This document shows, piece after piece, positions 1 to 6,890 of a DNA stretch of 64,000 nucleotides. The notes under the pieces were generated by a model. The model saw nothing but the letters and a program-made list of their open reading frames with translations. It searched no databases and was not told where the DNA came from. Positions within the stretch are counted from its first letter, which is position 1. Each line of letters starts with the position of its first letter. The translations under genes and the position numbers were made by a program. Source of the DNA: a virus; the IMG/VR virus record IMGVR_UViG_3300031999_000005, positions 39,757 through 103,756 of that record; one strand, 5' to 3'.

Positions 1-1140
1 TCACTATTTCCCCCACGACCTGAGCAATGCGGCGAAGATGGCCGCATGGTGCAGCCCCTCAGTTGCGGACGGAACCGGAGGGCATTTGAGTCGCGGCGGG
101 AATCGGAGGAACGAACCGTTGCTTCCGGGACAGGCGAAACTGGCGAGTTGGGCCACGCCGCGAAGCACGGACGGCCAGAAGGGCGGGCCGAATCAGCACG
201 GCAGCAAGGGCGATCTGATGCTGCCGAGCCAGGCGGCGAGGGCTTCCTGGGCCACGCCAGCAGGGCGAGATTTTCGGGACGGGCGAGCCAGCCAGAAAAC
301 AATGGAGAAGAACGCACGGCCCCTGAACGAACAGGCGGTCCAACTAACGGCTTCTGGGCCAACGCCGAATGGCTCCACTGCCGAGACCAGAAATACCGGG
401 CAGTTGAACCCAAGTTTATCTCGCTATTTGCAGGGTCTTCCGGTAGAATGGGACTTGGCGGCTACAAGGGTAGAAAAGAAGCCGTCAAGGAGGAAGTGAA
501 TGCCAATCCCAGCGAAGCCGGACCCTGTAAGATTCTGCGCACTGTGCGGAAAGCAAATGCAGCGCCAGCGATACAACGGAGTCTTGGAGTCAAACCTGAA
601 CTTCCGGCGGCGGAAATACTGCAATCGAAACTGTATGGCCGTGGGGCAAATCCGCGAAGTAGTAATGAGCGTGAGCCACAGTCGGATCAAATCGCACCGC
701 AAGGCCAAGGCGGAGTGCGAGATATGCCGGAAGTCCGACAAGATCCATGTTCACCATCGCGACGGAAACCCCCTGAACAACGCGACCGACAATTTGCAGA
801 CTTTGTGCGCCTCGTGCCATCGTCTTACGCACTCGCCCAACTACATGGGGACACCGTTACTGCCGAAGCCATGTTCACACTGCTCAAAGCCAGTGGCGCG
901 GAAAGGCTTGTGCAATACCCACCTTACCAGGTTGAAGCGGTATGGCGATCCCTTGGTCAAGAAGTTCAAGATCGGCTCCGAATGGGTTTTGATGCGGGTA
1001 ACTTCGTGAGAATAACGGAACCGCCCCTCATCAAGGGAACCGTGAACAGAGTGGGACGCCTGCGCGGTTACGGCAACGCGCTCACGGCACCGGTTGCCGA
1101 GGCTTTCATCAGATGTTATCTTGAAATCCATGGGAGATAA
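1..1140 (+). CDS. C5-cytosine DNA methyltransferase, large (alpha) polypeptide, 5'-truncated by window
   Basis: Frame 1 is open from base 1 to TAA at 1140. It ends RVGRLRGYGNALTAPVAEAFIRCY (C5-MTase motif X) and contains GPTNGFW..AEWLHCRD.KYRAVEP, typical of phage C5-MTases. No motif IX is seen in this frame. Confidence 0.8.
   Translation, partial: SLFPPRPEQCGEDGRMVQPLSCGRNRRAFESRRESEERTVASGTGETGELGHAAKHGRPEGRAESARQQGRSDAAEPGGEGFLGHASRARFSGRASQPENNGEERTAPERTGGPTNGFWANAEWLHCRDQKYRAVEPKFISLFAGSSGRMGLGGYKGRKEAVKEEVNANPSEAGPCKILRTVRKANAAPAIQRSLGVKPELPAAEILQSKLYGRGANPRSSNEREPQSDQIAPQGQGGVRDMPEVRQDPCSPSRRKPPEQRDRQFADFVRLVPSSYALAQLHGDTVTAEAMFTLLKASGAERLVQYPPYQVEAVWRSLGQEVQDRLRMGFDAGNFVRITEPPLIKGTVNRVGRLRGYGNALTAPVAEAFIRCYLEIHGR
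2..499 (+). CDS. C5-methyltransferase small (beta) polypeptide in overlapping frame, 5'-truncated
   Basis: Frame 2 is open from base 2. Three W-x-[ST]-P-x3-D...QA repeats are followed by GQLNPSLSRYLQGLPVEW, matching motif IX (LTxRExxRLQGFP). Confidence 0.7.
   Translation, partial: HYFPHDLSNAAKMAAWCSPSVADGTGGHLSRGGNRRNEPLLPGQAKLASWATPRSTDGQKGGPNQHGSKGDLMLPSQAARASWATPAGRDFRDGRASQKTMEKNARPLNEQAVQLTASGPTPNGSTAETRNTGQLNPSLSRYLQGLPVEWDLAATRVEKKPSRRK
500..1009 (+). CDS. HNH endonuclease with Zn-finger motifs, nested inside the methyltransferase gene
   Basis: AGGAGG RBS then TGA-ATG junction with the beta ORF. CEIC..HVHHRDGNPLNNATDNLQTLCASCHRLTH HNH motif plus extra CxxC motifs. Confidence 0.85.
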   Translation: MPIPAKPDPVRFCALCGKQMQRQRYNGVLESNLNFRRRKYCNRNCMAVGQIREVVMSVSHSRIKSHRKAKAECEICRKSDKIHVHHRDGNPLNNATDNLQTLCASCHRLTHSPNYMGTPLLPKPCSHCSKPVARKGLCNTHLTRLKRYGDPLVKKFKIGSEWVLMRVTS

Positions 1141-1148
1141 ATAAATAG

Positions 1149-1607
1149 ATGAGAAGTCCATCAAGGCAGGCACTCTCAAATCAGCAGAAAAAAGCCGCAC
1201 TTGTGGCGTACAAGGGCGGCAGGTGTACAGATTGCGGAGGAACGTTTCCGCAGTGCTGTTATGACTTCGACCATAAGGACCGGACTCAAAAGCGATTCCA
1301 CGTTGGTAGTCATATAGGAGGGGCGCTTCCAGCACTGATGCTGGAAGCCGACAAGTGCGATCTCATCTGTGCAAACTGTCATCGCATCCGAACGGCTGCG
1401 GATGCTGGAATAGCAGAACATCTTTCTCGGATAAGGAAGGGCAAACCCGGCAGGCCGATGTCCGAAGAAAACAAGAAGCGGTTAAGCATCGCCACCAAGG
1501 GCAGGCGGCTGTCACAAGAACACAAGGAAAAACTCAGTGAGGCCAACAGGGGCAAGGTTCCCTGGAACAAGGGATTCTCTGCGCGCCGGTCGCGCAAGCC
1601 TTCATAG
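1149..1607 (+). CDS. HNH endonuclease with NUMOD3 DNA-binding repeats
   Basis: YKGGRCTDCG..YDFDH..KCDLICANCHRIRT; C-terminal SEENKKRLS / SQEHKEKLSEANRGKVPWNKG. Confidence 0.85.
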   Translation: MRSPSRQALSNQQKKAALVAYKGGRCTDCGGTFPQCCYDFDHKDRTQKRFHVGSHIGGALPALMLEADKCDLICANCHRIRTAADAGIAEHLSRIRKGKPGRPMSEENKKRLSIATKGRRLSQEHKEKLSEANRGKVPWNKGFSARRSRKPS

Positions 1608-1626
1608 AGGCGTACATGGGGTGCAG

Positions 1627-2352
1627 ATGAACGGATTGCCGAAGGCGTACTACGATGACGGGAGGGGGATCAGGATATACCTGGGAGACTGCCGTAAAAT
1701 TCTTTTCTTGCTTGAGCAGCATGATGCCTGCCTAACGAGCCCGCCGTACAATCTCAGGAAGGGATATCCATGCGATGATTGGCCGACATGGAATAATTAT
1801 TACGGGTTCCTGCGAGGTGTGTACGGAGCGGTTCCGGCGCCGATCCAGGCGTGGTTATTTCCATTTTCGCTGAATGACGAGGACTCAGGATTGATCCGCG
1901 CAACATGGAATGAATGTGCCCTCCCATGGAAGCGGCTAAGACTTGTCCTGCGGCATCCTTCCGTGGACGACAGCAAAAGCCTAATCGCAATGCCGCCACG
2001 AGCGGAAATCCTCTGCATCAATACTTGGGCTGAAGAGAACGGGCCGAAGATCTGGTGGGTGCCACACGCGAAGTTCGCGGCAAGTAGATTATCTATGCGG
2101 GTTGGTCATCCGGCCAGTTTCCATGAACGGTTGCCAGCAGAGTTCTTCGCAGCCTTCCCAACCGTTAAGTCGGTGATTGATCCATTCATGGGTACGGGGA
2201 CGACGCTTGTGGTCGCAAAGCAGCGTGGGATACAAGCGACCGGGATCGAGATTGTTGAGGAATTTGCCGAACTTGCAGTGAAGCGTTTGGCGCAGGAGAT
2301 GTTGCCGCTTCGAGCACCTGCTTTGGAGCCAGAGCAGGGGAGTCTGATCTGA
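1627..2352 (+). CDS. N4-cytosine/N6-adenine DNA methyltransferase (beta class)
   Basis: IYLGDC, TSPPY (motif IV), HPASF and VIDPFMGTGTT..GIE (motif I). Confidence 0.9.
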   Translation: MNGLPKAYYDDGRGIRIYLGDCRKILFLLEQHDACLTSPPYNLRKGYPCDDWPTWNNYYGFLRGVYGAVPAPIQAWLFPFSLNDEDSGLIRATWNECALPWKRLRLVLRHPSVDDSKSLIAMPPRAEILCINTWAEENGPKIWWVPHAKFAASRLSMRVGHPASFHERLPAEFFAAFPTVKSVIDPFMGTGTTLVVAKQRGIQATGIEIVEEFAELAVKRLAQEMLPLRAPALEPEQGSLI

Positions 2353-2367
2353 TTGCCAGGAGGGAAG

Positions 2368-2655
2368 ATGGTGCCATGGGGCGAATGCAGCCAGTGCGGG
2401 TTGTGCTGTTTGAGCAAGGGCGGACGGTATATCTGCGAACACCTGGAGGTGATTACCGCGGTGGGGGAGGCTGGGGGGACGCGGTGCAAGGTTTACGGGG
2501 AGCGGTGGCACTTAATGACGATTCGGATGCTAGACCGAGAGCGGGGGCGGGCGTCGTATGTGACAGAGTGCTTGATTTCCGAGCAGATGCCGTTTGAGGA
2601 GCGGAGGAGGAATTTGCCGGCGGGGTGTACGCTGGTGAATCCGGTGCTGGGGTGA
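2368..2655 (+). CDS. small Cys-rich protein (YkgJ/CxxCxxCC-like)
   Basis: CSQCGLCC...CEHL...CKVYGER...C pattern. Confidence 0.55.
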   Translation: MVPWGECSQCGLCCLSKGGRYICEHLEVITAVGEAGGTRCKVYGERWHLMTIRMLDRERGRASYVTECLISEQMPFEERRRNLPAGCTLVNPVLG

Positions 2656-2673
2656 ATGTCCAAATTTGGATGT
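2656..2673. promoter_or_regulatory. 18-bp palindrome, copy 1 (ATGTCCAAATTTGGATGT)
   Basis: Matches consensus AYRTCCAAATTTGGAYRT. Lies between a stop codon and the RBS of the HTH gene. Confidence 0.7.
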
Positions 2674-2683
2674 TGGAGGGGGC

Positions 2684-3157
2684 ATGGAGGAAAGGATCAC
2701 GGTCAGGTGCCCACGGTGCAAGCTGGTGCAGTACGTGGCTGCGGCCAAGCGTTGTCGGCGGTGCTGGTTTGCCGGTGTGATTGTTCCGTTGGGTGCTGAT
2801 CCTCTGGCCGCAGTGAGTAAAGTGCAACCTGCAAGCCCCGACGAGGCAGTGGATTTTCTTGAAGCGTTGCGATACTGGCGAAATATCGCTGGAATGAACA
2901 GAGCACAATTGGGCACCCGCATGGGCAGATACCGCCGGACGTATATCTATAGATGGGGAAGAGCGCGCCGTTCTCCGAATGTTGAGAACATCATGTCTGT
3001 GGCAAAGGCGCTTGGCATCCCGGCGAGGTGGCTGCTGGTTCCCTGGCCCACCGACGGAACATCCCGGATGATCTTGTGGGAGGCGAGCAAGTTGCCAGCC
3101 AAGCGCCGCTGGGAGTTGATGGGGAAGGTGCGGGGCATGGCTGAGGGGCGGGCATAA
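2684..3157 (+). CDS. Zn-ribbon + XRE-family helix-turn-helix regulator
   Basis: CPRC..CRRC then LRYWRNIAGMNRAQLG..R.YIYRW...SPNVENIMSVAKALGIP..WLL. Confidence 0.75.
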   Translation: MEERITVRCPRCKLVQYVAAAKRCRRCWFAGVIVPLGADPLAAVSKVQPASPDEAVDFLEALRYWRNIAGMNRAQLGTRMGRYRRTYIYRWGRARRSPNVENIMSVAKALGIPARWLLVPWPTDGTSRMILWEASKLPAKRRWELMGKVRGMAEGRA

Positions 3158-3176
3158 AAAAATCCGCAGAATTTAC

Positions 3177-3205
3177 TTGTAAAACGTAAAACAGGCAGGT
3201 ACGAT
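3177..3205 (+). promoter_or_regulatory. sigma70-like promoter with GTAAAAC spacer motif
   Basis: TTGTAA-17bp-TACGAT, A-rich upstream element, RBS AAGGAGG downstream. Confidence 0.6.
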
Positions 3206-3235
3206 AGGCAGCGGCTATAAAGGAGGCCGACAAGG

Positions 3236-3634
3236 ATGAAACTGAGATGGCGAGGAATTCTGGTTTTGGTGATGGCGTGCGCGGTGGGCTTGGCGGGGCA
3301 GGTGAAGCCGGGTGCTGAGAAAGCGAAGGCCAGCGCCGACTCGATGGTTCTGAGCGAGGTGGAGACCCTCAAAGGCAAAAACCTGGACTTGAAAATCCTC
3401 ACAGCGCGGCAGGAGCAGGAACTTCTTCAAGTGCGCTTCCAGCAGATGCAGCAACGCTTCCAGTTGCTTGAGAAAGAGATCGAACTGCTAGATGCCGATA
3501 TTAAGCAGCATGAAAAGGACGTGCTGGCCGCGCACAAGGCACCGAAAGGTAGCAGGGTGGACACAAGCACCGGTCGGATTGTGCCGCCGCCCCCGGAGGC
3601 CAAACCGACAGAGAAACCACCTGAGTCGAAGTAG
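3236..3634 (+). CDS. secreted coiled-coil protein (paralogue of 37885..38109)
   Basis: Signal peptide MKLRWRGILVLVMACAVGLAG-Q, heptad region, C-terminal LAAH...G.RVD..TGRIVPPP. Confidence 0.65.
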   Translation: MKLRWRGILVLVMACAVGLAGQVKPGAEKAKASADSMVLSEVETLKGKNLDLKILTARQEQELLQVRFQQMQQRFQLLEKEIELLDADIKQHEKDVLAAHKAPKGSRVDTSTGRIVPPPPEAKPTEKPPESK

Positions 3635-3641
3635 AGAGATC

Positions 3642-3833
3642 ATGCCGGCAAGACGCAACGACAAACTGATGACCCCTGAGCGGCGTCGGGAACGCTGGAA
3701 GGAATGCGCGGAATATCTGCGCCGACATGGGAACCTGTCGGCTGCCAGGGCGGCAGCCAAGAAAGACGGGAAGAACCAGAACGTTAGCGTGTGGATCTCG
3801 GCCCTGGGGAAGATGCTGGAAGGGAAACTATGA
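3642..3833 (+). CDS. hypothetical small protein
   Basis: Follows the upstream stop; ATGA overlap with the next gene. Confidence 0.45.
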   Translation: MPARRNDKLMTPERRRERWKECAEYLRRHGNLSAARAAAKKDGKNQNVSVWISALGKMLEGKL

Positions 3834-4321
3834 AACTTCAGGAATGGTGGACGAAGGCGACACCGGCAGAGCGGAATGCGCTGGTGGCCGAGAAGATCAT
3901 AGGCATCACCGATTTCCGTAAGGACTGGCCGTGCTACATCTCGCCGGAAGACGGAAAGTTGGTGCCTTGGCTTGAAGAATGGGGTGACTTCACGGAAGGA
4001 GAACGTGATCGTGACCTCTTTACAGAACGTGGCCTTTTCTTCCGCAATGAATACGGTATCCTTGAGGCTGTTCCTGATTATCAAGGGGACATCGCAGCCG
4101 TATGGCAGGTGGTGGAGAAATTGCGGGATATGTGGACCATTGCTACGGCTAAAAGCGATGGAATCCATGGCGACTTTGAACACCCCTTTGACGACCTTCG
4201 ATTCTTTGAGCATCTACACCGTGCGGCAGACCGACGTTGGCCCTGGGCATTTTTGTATGTAACGCCTGAAATAATCTGCCTTGCGGCGCTGGAAGCCCTC
4301 GGCGTCGAGGAAGTCGGATAA
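3830..4321 (+). CDS. phage ABA-sandwich domain (BC1872-like) protein
   Basis: RNALVAEKIIG...PDYQGDIAAVWQVVEKL...PEIICLAALEA signature. Confidence 0.65.
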   Translation: MKLQEWWTKATPAERNALVAEKIIGITDFRKDWPCYISPEDGKLVPWLEEWGDFTEGERDRDLFTERGLFFRNEYGILEAVPDYQGDIAAVWQVVEKLRDMWTIATAKSDGIHGDFEHPFDDLRFFEHLHRAADRRWPWAFLYVTPEIICLAALEALGVEEVG

Positions 4322-4512
4322 TGGGCAAAGAGCCAACAGGGGCGGAATCCCGCTGGATTGAACTCAAGGAGCGGGATTTCATTTCAGAAGATCGGCAAGG
4401 GCGGATTGCGCGCTCCCTGGAAGCATTGTGCGGGGGAACGGGGATACGGTTATCGGCCGAGGAATGGAAGCGGGTTGCGGAAGATTCAGACCTGGAGGAT
4501 GAAGAAAGATGA
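4321..4512 (+). CDS. hypothetical protein
   Basis: Translationally coupled ORF. Confidence 0.4.
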   Translation: MGKEPTGAESRWIELKERDFISEDRQGRIARSLEALCGGTGIRLSAEEWKRVAEDSDLEDEER

Positions 4513-4895
4513 AACTTAAGATCATCGTTCCTGAAGGCACGGCGTTTTTAAAGTGGTACGGCATGGCGTGGTTATGCTGGGACAAAATGGCCTGGGTGGC
4601 CTATCCGATTCCGCTGAATCTGGTGATGCGGTTCCTGCACTGCGTTTGGATCATGTTGCGGAACGGCTTCCGCCCCAGTTGGCTTGACTACTTTATCCGT
4701 GAAGTGCGCAAGCGGGAATACGACCGTGGTTATGCGGCTGGCTGGGCAGATGCGGTCAAGGAGAACTACCAGAAAGGATTTCTCCGTTTGGGGAATCAGA
4801 TTGGTAACGAGTTTGAAACCCTGCGTCGTGCTCTGGTGGGGAAAACAGGAGCACGCGAAGCAGACGAGTCTCTGCCGCCGGAACATCCTGGTTGA
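4509..4895 (+). CDS. hypothetical protein
   Basis: Coupled ORF with YDRGYAAGWADA GxxxG-type motif. Confidence 0.55.
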   Translation: MKLKIIVPEGTAFLKWYGMAWLCWDKMAWVAYPIPLNLVMRFLHCVWIMLRNGFRPSWLDYFIREVRKREYDRGYAAGWADAVKENYQKGFLRLGNQIGNEFETLRRALVGKTGAREADESLPPEHPG

Positions 4896-4912
4896 AGTGG
4901 AAGGAGTTGGCC

Positions 4913-5152
4913 ATGAAAAATAATGTTGTCTCAATGCCGAAGGGATACCCTACGATGGCGGAGATTGATCTCCAGTATCGGAAGGCGGCAGTAGAATGGC
5001 GTTGCTCAGGATTGAATCCTGACCTTTTTGCGTGCAATCGCCCGTCGCGCAGTTGGCGGAGAACCGTGCTGTGGTTTATCACCGGCTGGCGATTTGTGGT
5101 GCTGCTGGGACTGCTGGCCTTTGGGATTACGTGGTTCCTGACGCGGCGATAA
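4913..5152 (+). CDS. small membrane protein
   Basis: AAGGAG RBS and hydrophobic C-terminal helix. Confidence 0.55.
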   Translation: MKNNVVSMPKGYPTMAEIDLQYRKAAVEWRCSGLNPDLFACNRPSRSWRRTVLWFITGWRFVVLLGLLAFGITWFLTRR

Positions 5153-5168
5153 TGTTTTACTTTTTCCC

Positions 5169-5197
5169 TTGCATTTCACGTAAAACGCGGCTACGCT
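5169..5197 (+). promoter_or_regulatory. sigma70-like promoter with GTAAAAC motif
   Basis: TTGCAT-17bp-TACGCT; GTAAAAC at 5180-5186 and inverted GTTTTAC at 5154-5160. Confidence 0.65.
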
Positions 5198-5221
5198 TGT
5201 TTTCCTACGGAGGTGAACCCC

Positions 5222-5587
5222 ATGCCAACCGATGAAGTTCTCAACCGTCTAATAACCGAAAAAGTTATGGGGCGCGTTCTTCCACGCCTTTCCATTGATG
5301 TGTTCGATTTCCAGGGTTTTGTCGAAGGTGCTTGGCTGGTGATCGAGAAGATGCTGGAACGTGGATTCAGCCCCACGGTGAACCACAACGGCCCTCCAGG
5401 GCATTTCACCCACAGTCCCGATTGGGCTGGCCCTTGGCATTGCTGCTTCCATAACACCAAGGGATGCCTCCACTGTGGGGATGAATCATGCAAGTGCTAT
5501 TCCCATGCTGAGGCGGACACGCCAGCGCGGGCGATCTGTTTGGCTGCACTCAAAGCCCGTGGAGTGGAGGTTTCCGATGCTGACTGA
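5222..5587 (+). CDS. phage ABA-sandwich domain protein (second copy)
   Basis: LNRLITEKVMG...AWLVIEKM...AEADTPARAICLAALKARG; GGAGGTG RBS. Confidence 0.7.
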   Translation: MPTDEVLNRLITEKVMGRVLPRLSIDVFDFQGFVEGAWLVIEKMLERGFSPTVNHNGPPGHFTHSPDWAGPWHCCFHNTKGCLHCGDESCKCYSHAEADTPARAICLAALKARGVEVSDAD

Positions 5588-6056
5588 GGTACATCCAAAT
5601 CTGTACGTTGCGGGCATTGAACATTGCCCCCTGACCTACCGGCGGAACGAAGATTGGGCCGGCATCGTTCACGCCTGCAAAGACCCCTGCCACGCCCGCG
5701 TCGTCGGGCACCGAGTCGCCAAAGACGATCCTCAATACCTGTGGGCAGAACGACCGGTTGATCTATGGCTCAACATGATTGACCCGCCGGTGCCGCTGTT
5801 CAAGGCGGAGTTGTTCAACAAGGCCCTGGACTTCATCTCGGAGCGCATCCAGAAGGGGCGTGTGCTGGTTCACTGCAACGAGGGGTTGTCGCGGGCGCCG
5901 ACAATCGCGCTGGTGTGGCTGGCGAAGCGGGCCAGGATGCTTCCGGTGGAGAATTACCAGGATGCGCGGGTAGCATTCGAATCAAAGATGCCGGACTATG
6001 CGCCGGGCCTTGGGATTCAGATTTTCCTGCGGGGGCATTGGGAGGAGGTCGGATGA
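5577..6056 (+). CDS. dual-specificity/protein-tyrosine phosphatase family protein
   Basis: VLVHCNEGLSRAPT (CX5R) and N-terminal EVHPNLYVAG. Confidence 0.9.
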   Translation: MLTEVHPNLYVAGIEHCPLTYRRNEDWAGIVHACKDPCHARVVGHRVAKDDPQYLWAERPVDLWLNMIDPPVPLFKAELFNKALDFISERIQKGRVLVHCNEGLSRAPTIALVWLAKRARMLPVENYQDARVAFESKMPDYAPGLGIQIFLRGHWEEVG

Positions 6057-6583
6057 TTGTCCTTATCGTTCTCCATGCAGTTATGTTTATGGTTCTCGGC
6101 TGGTTTACGGTGGGGTATCTGCGGAATCACCGGAAGTTGGCCGAAACCGCGCAGTTACTCCACCTACAGAAAGAGCACGAAAACTACCTGAAAGAGCAGA
6201 TACGTGTACTGACGGGTAGATTGTGCAAGATGGCACCTTTCGGGAAGCCGGTTCTTGAGCGCTTGCTGAAAGAGGAACCGAGACCCATTACCCTGCATCA
6301 CCTGAGCACTGGCCGATACGCACGCGGGGAGACATTAGAAATTGATCCAGCAGAGATTATTGCGGCTGGCTGGATAGTCCCCCCGCACGAATATGAAGCG
6401 CTACGCCAGCATCTGAAGTGTGGCCTCCGGCAGCAACAATCTTTAGAACCGCGGGCACTGGACATCGGCTATGACGAATTGATGTTGAACAGAAAAATCA
6501 CGGTGAACGGCCATCCGGTACTTGAAGGGTTGGAAGAACCAGCGAAGAAGGAGGAATATGACCAAAAAGGCGAAGAAGGATGA
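6053..6583 (+). CDS. membrane-anchored hypothetical protein
   Basis: GGAGG RBS; N-terminal TM helix followed by a short coiled coil. Confidence 0.6.
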   Translation: MIVLIVLHAVMFMVLGWFTVGYLRNHRKLAETAQLLHLQKEHENYLKEQIRVLTGRLCKMAPFGKPVLERLLKEEPRPITLHHLSTGRYARGETLEIDPAEIIAAGWIVPPHEYEALRQHLKCGLRQQQSLEPRALDIGYDELMLNRKITVNGHPVLEGLEEPAKKEEYDQKGEEG

Positions 6584-6890
6584 CAGGCATCTGATCGGGC
6601 AGAAAACCCGAGAGGGGTACATCGTCAAAGACGGGAAGTTCTACATCTCCCTAAGCATGGCCTCCAGGATGAAGAACGTCATGGCGCAGGCGCTTGCACT
6701 TAAAAGATTGGCTAAGGAAACCAACACCTTTGTGGCGGCCCGCTACACTGAACTGGAAAAGGAAGGCCAGCGTTTTTGGACGGACATCTGCGATGACCTT
6801 GGGATTGAGATAGAAGGGCATCGCTGGATGTTTGATCCCTACAAGGATTGCGTTTTCGAGGCCCTGCCCCCAGAGAAGAAACAGGAATGA
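6558..6890 (+). CDS. hypothetical coiled-coil protein
   Basis: AGGAGG RBS; ATGA overlap with the ATPase gene. Confidence 0.55.
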   Translation: MTKKAKKDDRHLIGQKTREGYIVKDGKFYISLSMASRMKNVMAQALALKRLAKETNTFVAARYTELEKEGQRFWTDICDDLGIEIEGHRWMFDPYKDCVFEALPPEKKQE

